NCBI GenBank assembly: GCA_004212155.1
Contig: RXIG01000004.1
Span: 1 to 64,000, forward strand
Direction of reading: 5' to 3'
Length of the DNA: 64,000 bases
Source: an archaeon
Lineage (GTDB): Archaea; Methanobacteriota_B; Thermococci; Methanofastidiosales; NM3
Under the pieces are notes generated by a model, which saw only the letters and a program-made list of their open reading frames with translations, was not told the DNA's origin and searched no databases. Below, in pieces: positions 36,418 to 47,140 of the stretch (the first letter of the stretch is position 1; every line of letters begins with the position of its first letter). A program made the position numbers and the translations under genes.

Positions 36418-37800
36418 ATGAGTAACCAACCAAAAAGATTGGGCAATTATAAACAATTATTCTCGCTTTTTTTGTGCTTCCTGCTCGTGTCCGTTGCATT
36501 GGCATCTTCAGGCTGCATTGGGGGCGATGGAGACGGGGAGGAAGGACTGACCCTAACTGTAATAACACGTCATGATACTTCCATACAAGAAGCATTTGAA
36601 GGTCCGTTCCTTAATTCTACGTATGCCGAAGCGGCCAATGTCACAAAGGTGCGTTTCATGCAGCCAGTGCCCGGACTCTGGCCGCGCGCCATCGATCAGG
36701 GGGGCATTGACGTTGCATGGGGTGGAGGGCCCACACTATTTGATCAGTTGTCTGACCTCGACTATCTTAAACCACTCACAAGCGATACGATGCAGTCCAC
36801 ACTTGCAGAAATTCAGGACAGCATCGGCGGCGCGCCGATGAAGCGTTACAATGATTCCCAAGAGCCTGTATGGGTGGCAGCCGCCATATCGTCGTTTGGG
36901 TTCACGGTCAATCATAATGTGCTTGATGCATATGGTGTCGATACACCGCGAACATGGGATGACCTGGCCAATCCCGAATACTACAAGGACCCACCGATAA
37001 TCGGCATTGGCAATGCGCCCGACACAACGTCCAATACACGCATATACGAGATCATTCTTCAAAATTACGGGTGGGAAGAAGGATGGATCAAGCTCACGGA
37101 GATCGCTGCCAACTCTGCAATCTATTACGGCTCCGTTGATGTGCTCAATGCAGTCGAGACAGGTAACGTTGCCATAGCGACAACCATTGACTTTTATGGC
37201 TATTCCTCCATGCAGGACTACCCAGAAACTGAATATATCATTCCCGAGGGGCAATCACTGCTCAACGGCGATCCAATAGCAATAGTGAGCAACACCGAAC
37301 AACTCGATGCAGCAGAGGCATTTGTGGAGTTCGTACTCTCTCCAGAGGGCCAATCGGTCTGGCTTGATGAGAATATCAATAGGATGCCCGTTAGGGAGGA
37401 TGCATTTGAAACGGAGTACGGAAAAACACGTACACAACTGCACGAACTGTTCATCGAGACGATAAACAATCAGGGTATCGAGTTCTCAGATGCGCTAGCC
37501 AACTCGTATGAAGGTACCGTGGTGCCATACTGGGAAGCTGTGCTTGACAAGCCCCATCAGGACTTACGGAACGCTTGGAACGCGCTTATAACCGCGCGGG
37601 ATGCGGGAAAGATCACCGAACAGGAATGGAACCAGTATATTGCGGAGCTGGGTCAACCGCTCATCACCCTCGAAGACGCCCAATCGCTCAATGACCAGAT
37701 GCTTACCGATTCCGCGTTTGCAAACGAAAAATCGGTAGAGTGGGCGGAGGCAAAGCGACAACTGTATTCACAGATCGAAGAAGAGATAGAAAACCTTTAA
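36418..37800 (+). CDS. ABC substrate-binding lipoprotein (Fe3+/thiamine/phosphonate-type cluster)
   Basis: SGCIGG lipobox, DVAWGGGPTLF, TSNTRIYEIILQ, IDFYG, NGDPIA. Confidence 0.9.
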   Translation: MSNQPKRLGNYKQLFSLFLCFLLVSVALASSGCIGGDGDGEEGLTLTVITRHDTSIQEAFEGPFLNSTYAEAANVTKVRFMQPVPGLWPRAIDQGGIDVAWGGGPTLFDQLSDLDYLKPLTSDTMQSTLAEIQDSIGGAPMKRYNDSQEPVWVAAAISSFGFTVNHNVLDAYGVDTPRTWDDLANPEYYKDPPIIGIGNAPDTTSNTRIYEIILQNYGWEEGWIKLTEIAANSAIYYGSVDVLNAVETGNVAIATTIDFYGYSSMQDYPETEYIIPEGQSLLNGDPIAIVSNTEQLDAAEAFVEFVLSPEGQSVWLDENINRMPVREDAFETEYGKTRTQLHELFIETINNQGIEFSDALANSYEGTVVPYWEAVLDKPHQDLRNAWNALITARDAGKITEQEWNQYIAELGQPLITLEDAQSLNDQMLTDSAFANEKSVEWAEAKRQLYSQIEEEIENL

Positions 37801-37855
37801 AGCCGATTGCTCTACCTGTTCAGGTAGAGCTCATATCTTTTGATGGCGGGATCAG

Positions 37856-39661
37856 ATGCGAGGGCGTGACGGGGTACTGAGATTCATATCCAACTTGAGA
37901 CAAGAACTGGATAAGCTCACTACCTTTCAGCTCACTCTCATCATCGTCGTTTTCCTCGTCTTCATGATCTGGCCACTGCTTTCGATAATCGGTGGCGCGT
38001 TCATTGATGATGGCTCTTTTACCACTCGTCATATGTCCGCGGTCTTTGATGACCCGGAGTTATGGAGGATGCCCAACGAATGGGAGCTTACGCTCTTTCG
38101 TAGTACAGAACGGGTCCTCATCATAGGACTTGTCGACTGCGGCGCCATATTTAACTCCCTTTTCATTGCCTTATTCACCACTATCTTTTCCACCGTCATC
38201 GGCGTGATGCTTGCATACATCATGTACAAATATGAGTTCCGTGGAAAAGGCATACTGAAAGGTCTTATCCTCATCCCGCTCATCGCGCCACCGTTTGTTG
38301 GCGCCCTGGGCGTACGTGAGTTCATATCTCAAAACGGCATCATCAATCAAGTGCTGTTCGAACAGCTCCACATACTACCACAGGCCATATGGATTACCGG
38401 CCTGCCAGCGATCATCCTTGTCGAAACACTACACTTCTATACGCTCGTCTATCTGAATGCGTATTCTTCGTTTGTCAATATTGATCCCTCCCTTGAGGAA
38501 CAGGCAGAAAACATGGGTGCACGTGGGTTTTTCAAGTTCCGCTCCGTAACGTTGCCACTTGCAATGCCCGGCATTGAGGCTGGTGCCATTTTGACATTCA
38601 TCCTCTCTCTCGAGGACCTTGGCACGCCCATCATCTTCTCCCAGGGGGCCTACAGCTATCCGGCCCGCCACACGATCACGTTGTATATCCTGAACAACTG
38701 GGCGCCTCAGTATATAGGTCAATACAACTTCAAGGTCATGGCGCTATGCGTGTTGTTGCTCGTCATGGCTCTGACGTGTTTCGTTATCATACGCAAGTAC
38801 ATCAGCTTGAAGCAATATGCGATGATGTCCAAGGGCGGAACATGGCAGCCAGTTACCATCAAACCAAGCAGGAAGCAGCTCGTACTCTTTGGTATATTCA
38901 TCGCCGGACTGTTGTCGTTTGCCCTGATGCCACATATCGGTATCCTCAAGCTATCGCTTACACAAGGAGGCATTGGAGGGTTAACCCTCGCCAATTATAA
39001 ATATATGTTCTCAAATGTGCATATGTATACACCTATTAAAAATAGTCTTATTTATGCGTTTTCAGCCGTCTTCATCATCATCATTCTTGGCACAATGGCA
39101 GCATACATAATTGCTCGAAAGAAGTTGCCGGGCATCCTGGCTCTTGACATGCTTGTGACAATGCCACTTGCCATACCTGGCATCGTGCTGGGCATCGGAA
39201 TGTTCGTGGTGTTTTACGGCACAGGCATATTCAGACCAGAGAACCCGGCATTCGTGATCGTTGCCGCATATGTGGTGAGGAAAATCCCATTTGCTGTGCG
39301 GGCCGCGTATGCGGGCCTGCAACAAACACACGAGGCTCTCGAAGAGGCATCGTTGAATGTGGGTGCTTCGAAGATCAAGACGTTGATTAAGATAACGTTG
39401 CCGCTCATATCCATGAGCATCGTAGCAGGCGCCATGCTGTCGTTTGTCTATGTGATATCAGAGGTATCGACAAGCATACTGCTTGGTGCGACAAATCCCG
39501 AACTCGCACCCATCACGTGGAAGATCAAGGAGCTGTTCTTCCATGCCGACTTCAACGAGGCTGCAGCACTTGGTGTGTTGTTGATGGTCATCCAGACCGT
39601 GTCAATCGTCACAACTAACTATCTGCTCAAGAACCGTGCAGCGGTAATGACAGGATTATGA
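37856..39661 (+). CDS. ABC permease (fused FbpB/ThiP-type)
   Basis: Two EAA motifs (SLEEQAENMGA, LEEASLNVGA); multiple TM helices. Confidence 0.92.
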   Translation: MRGRDGVLRFISNLRQELDKLTTFQLTLIIVVFLVFMIWPLLSIIGGAFIDDGSFTTRHMSAVFDDPELWRMPNEWELTLFRSTERVLIIGLVDCGAIFNSLFIALFTTIFSTVIGVMLAYIMYKYEFRGKGILKGLILIPLIAPPFVGALGVREFISQNGIINQVLFEQLHILPQAIWITGLPAIILVETLHFYTLVYLNAYSSFVNIDPSLEEQAENMGARGFFKFRSVTLPLAMPGIEAGAILTFILSLEDLGTPIIFSQGAYSYPARHTITLYILNNWAPQYIGQYNFKVMALCVLLLVMALTCFVIIRKYISLKQYAMMSKGGTWQPVTIKPSRKQLVLFGIFIAGLLSFALMPHIGILKLSLTQGGIGGLTLANYKYMFSNVHMYTPIKNSLIYAFSAVFIIIILGTMAAYIIARKKLPGILALDMLVTMPLAIPGIVLGIGMFVVFYGTGIFRPENPAFVIVAAYVVRKIPFAVRAAYAGLQQTHEALEEASLNVGASKIKTLIKITLPLISMSIVAGAMLSFVYVISEVSTSILLGATNPELAPITWKIKELFFHADFNEAAALGVLLMVIQTVSIVTTNYLLKNRAAVMTGL

Positions 39662-39670
39662 GGTATTTCA

Positions 39671-41131
39671 ATGCATTCATTTTCTAGAATAGCCGGTATT
39701 GCAGTGATACTGCTTCTGCTATGCGCAGGAATGGTTTCTGCACCGCCAGTAAAGGAATTAGACCTTCCAGATGCCGACATCGTCGTGGAAGGCGCCATCA
39801 TAACTGATGTTGATGAGACCAACATAACGATACGTGCATATTCAAACGTTATTGAGATCGATGCCAGCGTCACAGATAGGGAATACACCTTCATGGTACG
39901 TAATGTGCGGGTTGATGACCTGGATGTCGAGGGGGTGCCGGATTATGTACCTGTGTCTTCGACGTCGATATCGTTCGTGGTGGCTCCCGCTACTACCACA
40001 TCAATCACGATCTCGAACACCGCGTCCGATACCGGTTCTTTCAAATTCGTCGTCGTTGGCGACAATCGAGACGGCCCTGAGACGTTCACCACGATTCTCG
40101 AGGAGATAAACGCAGATTCCTATGCATTCTGCATCAATACTGGTGACATCATATCATCTGGCAGACGAGATCAGTTCCAAGAATTCATGGACATGGTAGA
40201 TGATCTTGCCATACCGCTGTATGTTTCCATAGGCAATCATGAGCTCTACAACAACTCCCCCGAACATGCCATGGAGTTCCTTGGTGAGGTGAATTATTCG
40301 TTTGAATACGGTAACACGCTCTTTGTCATACTGGATGACTCGAATTACACCATATCCGACGGGCAATATGAATGGATGGACGGCGTGATGGCATCAACGA
40401 CGAAGGAAAACATCATCGTCTCTGCGCACATACCACCGTACGATCCGCGTGAAGGTGAAGACCATTGCCTCAACGAGGCGGATGCGCTACGATTTGAAAC
40501 CTTCATGGCAGATCACGATGTCGACCTCGTACTTGCAGGACATATCCACATGTACGATCATACAGTCATCAAAGGCGTTGACTATATCGTCACGGCTGGC
40601 GCCGGAGCACCCCTTTATGCCGACGAGGAAGAAGGGGGATTTTTCCATTATACCGTGGTTTCAGTCGAGGGGCAAGAAATAACGCATGAAGTGGTGAAGG
40701 TCACATCTCCCCTCTACACGATGGAGCGTGCACACGACCGGCTCACAGAAGCAGAAGAGATGTATAACACGACATATGAGGACCTCCAGAAAACAAGGCA
40801 GCTTTGCGAAACGCTTGAAGAAAAGGGGCGTGACATGAATGCATACTTCTCTATGCTCGAGAATGCAGAGGAGACCCTTGGCGACGCACATGAGAACCTC
40901 GAATTAGCGCAGATCAAGTATGCTAACGAGTATTACCGTGAAACGTATGCTACGGCGAACGCTGCGCATTCCTATGCGCTCCAAGCGAACGTGACGATAG
41001 ACTCAGTCTATGAAGAGGCAGTCGAATTGTCCATGGAAGAGGATTCATCCCCTATGGTGTATGTCGTTTTGTTAGTTGTCTTCATAGTGGCTGGTGCGAT
41101 AGCTGTGGCAATGATGCGAAGAAGAGGTTAG
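39671..41131 (+). CDS. Surface-anchored calcineurin-like metallophosphoesterase
   Basis: Signal peptide, GDNR, TGD, GNHE, HIPP, GHIH, helical stalk, C-terminal TM. Confidence 0.88.
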   Translation: MHSFSRIAGIAVILLLLCAGMVSAPPVKELDLPDADIVVEGAIITDVDETNITIRAYSNVIEIDASVTDREYTFMVRNVRVDDLDVEGVPDYVPVSSTSISFVVAPATTTSITISNTASDTGSFKFVVVGDNRDGPETFTTILEEINADSYAFCINTGDIISSGRRDQFQEFMDMVDDLAIPLYVSIGNHELYNNSPEHAMEFLGEVNYSFEYGNTLFVILDDSNYTISDGQYEWMDGVMASTTKENIIVSAHIPPYDPREGEDHCLNEADALRFETFMADHDVDLVLAGHIHMYDHTVIKGVDYIVTAGAGAPLYADEEEGGFFHYTVVSVEGQEITHEVVKVTSPLYTMERAHDRLTEAEEMYNTTYEDLQKTRQLCETLEEKGRDMNAYFSMLENAEETLGDAHENLELAQIKYANEYYRETYATANAAHSYALQANVTIDSVYEEAVELSMEEDSSPMVYVVLLVVFIVAGAIAVAMMRRRG

Positions 41132-41538
41132 AGATCCACGAGCGCCATCCTTTCGTAGACGGCGCGCTGAAGATCTTCATGAGGGCTTATGTCATAGGCC
41201 CTCATTACCTTTTGCTTGTTTGCCATGAATGATATTTCCTGTATATTATCTCGTAAGGTGCCATCTAACACTATGATGCCTACGACGTCCTCGATACTCT
41301 TTGGGCCGAACTCAAGCGCCTTTGCTATTTGTTTTTTTCCTGATAACCGAACAAGGAACTCGATTGGCAGTTTGTTCGCGATATTTTGATTTTTTTCCAT
41401 GGCCAATATTGCCATTTTAGCAGCGAAGAGCGCTTGTTGTTTGGATAGAATGTAATTAGGATTAAATATAAGTATATTTTCTTCATTTTTTTCAATTATA
41501 TCTACTAAATCTTGTTCTTTAACAATATACGCTTCCAT
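41128..41538 (-). CDS. cgi121: KEOPS complex subunit Cgi121
   Basis: NIANKLPIEFLVRLSGKKQIAKALEFG, terminal ERMALVDL. Confidence 0.85.
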   Translation of the reverse strand: MEAYIVKEQDLVDIIEKNEENILIFNPNYILSKQQALFAAKMAILAMEKNQNIANKLPIEFLVRLSGKKQIAKALEFGPKSIEDVVGIIVLDGTLRDNIQEISFMANKQKVMRAYDISPHEDLQRAVYERMALVDL

Positions 41539-41667
41539 GATTCAAGATACTCTGGATGATATATTAATGTTTCTGAGTTTGTATTTGAAGTATAAGCATT
41601 ATTAGATACTTTTAGTCACTATTATAATTTAACATACGTTTAAAACCGAAACGTTTATAAATGATAT

Positions 41668-41699
41668 TATCCTCATATTATGTAGACAATATCCTCATA
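41668..41699 (+). repeat. 10-bp direct repeat TATCCTCATA in the cdrS-ftsZ promoter
   Basis: Exact copies at 41668-41677 and 41690-41699, just downstream of TTTATAAA (41654-41661). Confidence 0.75.
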
Positions 41700-41718
41700 G
41701 CATAGGGGCACGACTAAA

Positions 41719-41940
41719 ATGCAACTTTTGTCTATTCAGTTACCGGAGGCATATATCGCGGGTATAGACATGCTCGTGCTGTCAGGCTACTTTCCAAATC
41801 GTAGTGAAGCTATACGCAGCGCTGTTCGTGACCTAATTAGAAGCGAGCTCGGCGGCTTCCAGAATATCCGTGATTCATACATGATGATGCAAGCCCAAAA
41901 ATCAAGCAATGGCGTCAATGAGGATATAGATGAGTTGTGA
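41719..41940 (+). CDS. cdrS: Ribbon-helix-helix cell-division regulator
   Basis: SIQLPE...FPNRSEAIRSAVRDLI; directly upstream of ftsZ. Confidence 0.85.
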   Translation: MQLLSIQLPEAYIAGIDMLVLSGYFPNRSEAIRSAVRDLIRSELGGFQNIRDSYMMMQAQKSSNGVNEDIDEL

Positions 41941-41973
41941 TCAACTTTCAATAGGGGTAGGAGGAATAAATGG

Positions 41974-43089
41974 ATGAAAAGCATAATCGCGAACGCAAAT
42001 CGTTACACTGATGGCACCAATGTAATGAGCGACGAAACCTTTGGCAAAGCCCGCATCGTTGTTGTAGGGTGTGGTGGCGCCGGAAACAACACCATTACAC
42101 GACTGCATATGCTTGGCGGCATAACGGGCGCTCAGACACTGGCCATCAATACTGACAAACAGCATCTAGCCATAACTGAGGCTGATGCAAAGATACTAAT
42201 CGGCAAGGACCTTACCGAGGGTCTTGGGGCCGGAGGGGATCCAGAACGCGGCTACAAGGCCGCTGAGGAGAGCCGCCAGGAACTCAAGCAATGCCTTGAT
42301 GGTGCTCACCTTGTGTTCATCACCGCAGGCATGGGTGGTGGCACAGGTACTGGATCTGCTTCGGTCGTAGCCGAGATAGCAAAGTCATGTGGCGCACTCG
42401 TTATAGGTGTTGTCACGTTACCTTTCAAGATGGAAGGGGGACCTCGCCAGAAGAAGGCGGAGCTGGGGCTCAATATGCTTAATTCTATTGCTGATACAGT
42501 CATTACACTCGATAATAATAAATTGCTCCAACTTGTGCCAAACCAGCCCGTGAACTATGCATTCTCTGTGGCTGATGAAGTCCTAGCAGAGATGGTAAAG
42601 GGACTGTCTGAAACGATCACGACACCCAGTCTTGTCAATCTCGACTTTGCAGATATCCGCGCCGTAATGCACAGCGGTGGATATGCCATGATCGGTGTCG
42701 GCGAGTCAAATACGAAAAATAGGGCCGAGGAGGCTGTTGTTGAGGCACTCAAGAACAAGCTACTTGAGGTGGACTACAGCAACGCACGCGGCGCACTCGT
42801 TCACGTATCGGGCGGTGCCGACATGAGCCTATCTGAGGCCAACATGGTCGGCGAGCTCATCTGCAAGCAAATAGGCAAAGAGGCCAACGTCACATGGGGT
42901 GCCCGCATCGATGAGAATCTCAAGGATTCCATGCGCGTCATGCTCATACTGACGGGAGTTACCTCTCCCTGGATCTCCGGTAGGGAGGCCGACGGTGGAA
43001 AGGTGAGCTTCAAAGACTTTAGCTCCTTAGAGCAAAAGCGCAAAGGCGGGATCAATTGGGCCGACTTCGGTATCCATAGGATTCGTTAG
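41974..43089 (+). CDS. ftsZ: Cell division protein FtsZ (FtsZ2-type context)
   Basis: [26 protein letters not shown]. Confidence 0.96.
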   Translation: MKSIIANANRYTDGTNVMSDETFGKARIVVVGCGGAGNNTITRLHMLGGITGAQTLAINTDKQHLAITEADAKILIGKDLTEGLGAGGDPERGYKAAEESRQELKQCLDGAHLVFITAGMGGGTGTGSASVVAEIAKSCGALVIGVVTLPFKMEGGPRQKKAELGLNMLNSIADTVITLDNNKLLQLVPNQPVNYAFSVADEVLAEMVKGLSETITTPSLVNLDFADIRAVMHSGGYAMIGVGESNTKNRAEEAVVEALKNKLLEVDYSNARGALVHVSGGADMSLSEANMVGELICKQIGKEANVTWGARIDENLKDSMRVMLILTGVTSPWISGREADGGKVSFKDFSSLEQKRKGGINWADFGIHRIR

Positions 43090-43130
43090 TCATTTGATTC
43101 CTCCCCCCTTTTCTTTTTTGTCTTGAGGGC

Positions 43131-43203
43131 TTGAGGTGCATACCTTAGTTAACACCATTAGTGCATACTAATGGTGCCTCTGGGCACAGAGTGAAAATTT
43201 CAT
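43131..43203. other. Array of four adjacent inverted repeats/hairpins
   Basis: 43131-43148 and 43153-43176 share the apical motif GT-GCAT-AC. Further stems at 43178-43191 and 43192-43203. Confidence 0.6.
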
Positions 43204-43498
43204 CATACTGCTTTCAATACATATGTAGGAAGATTCGTTTCGTATCATGCTATGTACCAGCACATGTGGTATCATGGCGGTTGTGATGATAAGCTCATTT
43301 ATATTCTGTTAAAAACTCAAACCAATGTGTTTAACTCCATCGTAGTTTGCATTATCTCATGTTTTTGAGCAGTTCTTTAAAAATAATGAAAAGGAAAGTA
43401 TTTTATAACTGCTTAGGTTAGTAGTATAGTATGGATTCTGGCCCCATACGGTCGCCTGTAGGAACTTTTTCTATCCGCCGTTTAGGCAGGTGGAGCGG

Positions 43499-46400
43499 AT
43501 GAGAAACACGGTTACTGTCTTCACACTGTTCATCATTGTGGGAAGTCTGCTTGCTATCGGATTTGAAAGTGGCTTTGTCTCCTCTCAGATTTCGGGAGAA
43601 GGATACTACTCGTCTGGTGTAAATCATTTTCAATCTTTGTTTAGCAATGTATTGTTCCTTTTCATCTTCGGTGGGCTTACTGTCTTTTTGGTTCTAATGC
43701 GAAAAAAGGAATCGCTCATCGGCAAGGTCTTTGGGAAGATACCGCGAGGGCAGGAGCTCGCTGATACGGAAACCGCTCTTTACATTCCACTTGCAGTATT
43801 TGCTGTCTTGACGATCCTTTCTGCCTGGAATCTTTGGGGAACACTCAACTGGTCATGGGACCTTCCGAGTAAGTATTTTGGCACGTTTTACTGGACAGGC
43901 ATCTCCCTTGCCATCGTTGGCGGATTGATACGCAGCGCCATCGTGTTCATTCCACTTACGTCGCGGCGTAGCATCCTGTATACCTTGCTAAAAGGAGGAA
44001 TAGGACAGCGTGAACAACCGGTGCCGTTTGAGGCACCATGGAAGTTCTTCATACCCTGGACGATTTTGAAGTTTGCGCTAGGCATATGGCTTTTTTCGGA
44101 CATGATGCTTGGTCTTTGGTTTGTGGGAGGCAACGGAATCACGCTCTTTACTCATGATACTCATGCGATTTACTCTGAACTGCTCATCATCGGCCCATCC
44201 TTGGCGGGTGCTATCACCTATCGGTTGTTCATTTACGTGCTCCACAACCTGATGAGCCTTGGACAGTCGTTCAACACGTTGTTCACCTATGGTACCACTG
44301 ATGAATCAGGGTACGGACCGATAGTCGGGCGCTTCATGCGTGTTCTAAGCGTGGCCCTTCTCTTCTGGGCCATCAACTCCTTGTTTGGCATCACGGGGCA
44401 ATTCGAGTCGCTCGTGGGTCCCTATCGTCACGATCTGTTTGCCTACATGGTCGAGGTGGGAGCAGGTATCACATTGTTTACATTGGGGGGTTTATTCCTT
44501 TCTAGCGATCGAAAGAGAATGCTTATTCGGACTATATCATCCGGAGCCCTGGCAGTGTTCCTCCTGGCCTTCGTATTCTATTATAGTCCCGATACGCGTG
44601 TTACGTCCGGATTTTTCGTTGGTATCATAGTGCCCGCTGTGATTTTTGCATTGTGGTACCTCTTTTTGCAAGAACGCGTGCAAGAGCGTCTCACAAGCTC
44701 ATTCAGTGCATCGGATGAGGACACCAACCGACTGCGTGTTTACAGCACGGTCATGATAGTGGTCGTGATCATGTTCGTCTCACTCGTTGCCGGATCCGTG
44801 GGGAGCAATCTGTGGCTTAGGCCGCAACACCGGCAGGACCCCCTTAACATCAATGCGGATATCATCGAAAAAGAGCTTGCATTGAATGCTTTTAGCTCGG
44901 GTCTTGATTTCGAAGAGATCTTTTGGGACTTTGCTCAGGAAGATACTGTGGCTTCAGTTGGTGACATCGACTCCCTCATATCCCAGAATCAGGACACGTT
45001 CGATATCGTCCGGTTGTGGGACAGGGAACGTATCGTCACGCGGGTACGCCCCACTGTTGGGGTAAAATATCTTGAGATGGGTGACACCGACGTCATACGC
45101 CTGACGGAGGATGGACCTCTCCGGCAGTACTGGTTCACTCCGAAAAACCTCAATCTCGAGGAGATCCTTGCGGGGTCTGAGAATGCATGGTACAACGAGC
45201 ACAAGGTTTACACGCACAGCATAGGCTATATCGGTATCGAAGCACTTTCAGGGTCGTTTGTCAACTGGCCGTGGCTCAACAATAACATATACTTTGGTGA
45301 GGGGGAGTATAGGGGATTCATCTACGACTACGAGGACAATGAGATCGAGGGCAATTATACTGGTTCTACCGTTCGTCCCTCACTTCCCATACGAGATGTG
45401 TTTGTTCAGGAATTTCCCCGTCTCTTCAGGGGTGAGACGGTCGCATACATGAACATCTTCAAAATGGCGGGAGAGCTGTTTCCTTATCTCAAGATCGACT
45501 CCGATCCGTACATAGTCATCGATGATACCGACACCGTATGGTATTCAATGGATGCTGGCGTCAACATCGCAACTTCCAAGATACCACTCGTAAAGGCACC
45601 CTACGTGCGCCCCATTCTAAAGATTCTGATCAACACTGAAACGGGCGAATACGACATATATTATGTGGAGAATAGCAACGATGAAATAGTCCTGCCGCTC
45701 ATCCGTTCGGTATATGGTGATGAGATAAAGCCGTTGGAGGAATCACCCGCATGGTACAAGCGACAGCTTAGGTACCCTGAGATATTCATGACCTCTCAGG
45801 TAGAGATCATGAATACGTATCATGTCAACTCTTCGAGCTACCTTCCCGATGTCGAGGAAATAACCACCCTGGCCCGTCTCCAGACTTACGTGAACGAGAA
45901 GGACTTCTTCGAGATCCCTAAGGGGGAGGATTTACGTCATGTGCTGCAAACGTTCTTTGGCAAGAAGGAGTTCGTCTCGATGATAGCCGTCGAGTTCAGT
46001 GGCCGGCAGATCCTCAACATACCGGGGCTATGGGTCATGAAGAACAGCTACGATGAGTATGGTACCATGACGCTTATCCGTGTTCCCTCCAGTGCGCAAG
46101 AAGAGTTGCGCGTCATAGGGACAAGCGTGGTGCCCGATGCGTTAAACGCTGACGAGGAGATCAGCTTCTGGAAGCGCACCCAAGAGGACCGAGACCAAGG
46201 AAATATGATCATTTACCGTATCGGTGAGCGCCTCTATTACTTTGTTCCATTCTATACGGGTATGAACAAGACGGTGACGCTCCAGAAGGTGGCATGTGTC
46301 AGGGCCCATACTGGTAGTCAGCAGGAATCCATCAATGTCGGATTCGCTGATAGTCCTGAAGCAGCTTTCAGGAATCTACAACTTGAACTTCTTGCCTCAC

Positions 46401-46642
46401 GTATCTCGGGCCGTAACATCGGCACGTACCAAGAGGCGATAAAGGTCATCTCAGGGGAGACAGACGACGGGGGCGAGACCATTACACAGATCATATCGGA
46501 GATGAACTTCCTGCTCGAACGCCGCGCTGAACTCCTTGCACAGGGGGATGAAGTACAGGCGGCCCAGCTGCTCGAGGACTTCTTTGACCTCTACAATCAG
46601 CTCGAGCAGTTGATCGGGGAGTTGGAGCCAACCGATCAATAA
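43499..46642 (+). CDS. UPF0182 (COG1615) family membrane protein
   Basis: Multi-TM N-terminal half; VRLWD, WYNEHKVYTHSIG, IYFGE, DSDPY, LRYPE, YHV motifs. Confidence 0.85.
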   Translation: MRNTVTVFTLFIIVGSLLAIGFESGFVSSQISGEGYYSSGVNHFQSLFSNVLFLFIFGGLTVFLVLMRKKESLIGKVFGKIPRGQELADTETALYIPLAVFAVLTILSAWNLWGTLNWSWDLPSKYFGTFYWTGISLAIVGGLIRSAIVFIPLTSRRSILYTLLKGGIGQREQPVPFEAPWKFFIPWTILKFALGIWLFSDMMLGLWFVGGNGITLFTHDTHAIYSELLIIGPSLAGAITYRLFIYVLHNLMSLGQSFNTLFTYGTTDESGYGPIVGRFMRVLSVALLFWAINSLFGITGQFESLVGPYRHDLFAYMVEVGAGITLFTLGGLFLSSDRKRMLIRTISSGALAVFLLAFVFYYSPDTRVTSGFFVGIIVPAVIFALWYLFLQERVQERLTSSFSASDEDTNRLRVYSTVMIVVVIMFVSLVAGSVGSNLWLRPQHRQDPLNINADIIEKELALNAFSSGLDFEEIFWDFAQEDTVASVGDIDSLISQNQDTFDIVRLWDRERIVTRVRPTVGVKYLEMGDTDVIRLTEDGPLRQYWFTPKNLNLEEILAGSENAWYNEHKVYTHSIGYIGIEALSGSFVNWPWLNNNIYFGEGEYRGFIYDYEDNEIEGNYTGSTVRPSLPIRDVFVQEFPRLFRGETVAYMNIFKMAGELFPYLKIDSDPYIVIDDTDTVWYSMDAGVNIATSKIPLVKAPYVRPILKILINTETGEYDIYYVENSNDEIVLPLIRSVYGDEIKPLEESPAWYKRQLRYPEIFMTSQVEIMNTYHVNSSSYLPDVEEITTLARLQTYVNEKDFFEIPKGEDLRHVLQTFFGKKEFVSMIAVEFSGRQILNIPGLWVMKNSYDEYGTMTLIRVPSSAQEELRVIGTSVVPDALNADEEISFWKRTQEDRDQGNMIIYRIGERLYYFVPFYTGMNKTVTLQKVACVRAHTGSQQESINVGFADSPEAAFRNLQLELLASRISGRNIGTYQEAIKVISGETDDGGETITQIISEMNFLLERRAELLAQGDEVQAAQLLEDFFDLYNQLEQLIGELEPTDQ

Positions 46643-47103
46643 CTGCAGCTGCCCGGGCGCTTCCTGAGATAATGCTGATGATAGTCCTCTGCAGGATAGA
46701 ACGGGCCAGCGGCAACGATCTCAGTAACGACTCGTTTCGAGTAGCGCCCTGTCTTTTCAAGCGCGTGCTTGGAATCAAGGGCCTTTTTTCTTTGCGTATC
46801 GTTATGGTAAAAGATCGCTGAACGATACTGCGACCCAACGTCCGGGCCTTGACGATTTAATGTCGTGGGGTCATGAATGCGCCAGAATATATCTAATAAT
46901 TCATCATAGCTCACGATAGAAGGGTCGTAAGTGGCCTCAACAGCCTCTGCATGGCCCGTTCTTCCGCTACAAACATCCTTGTATGTCGGATCGGTGGTCA
47001 TACCGCCCGTATAGCCTGCAAGCGTTCGGACAACGCCAGATATCTCGTCAAACGCCGCCTGGACGCCCCAAAAGCATCCGGCGGCAAACGTAGCCTTCTC
47101 CAT
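46636..47103 (-). CDS. msrA: Peptide methionine sulfoxide reductase A
   Basis: AGCFWG, GHAEAV, QYRSAIF, AEDYHQ. Confidence 0.96.
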   Translation of the reverse strand: MEKATFAAGCFWGVQAAFDEISGVVRTLAGYTGGMTTDPTYKDVCSGRTGHAEAVEATYDPSIVSYDELLDIFWRIHDPTTLNRQGPDVGSQYRSAIFYHNDTQRKKALDSKHALEKTGRYSKRVVTEIVAAGPFYPAEDYHQHYLRKRPGSCSY

Positions 47104-47140
47104 GGTGCTTATATGGGCAGCATATTAATAATGGTGTGGT

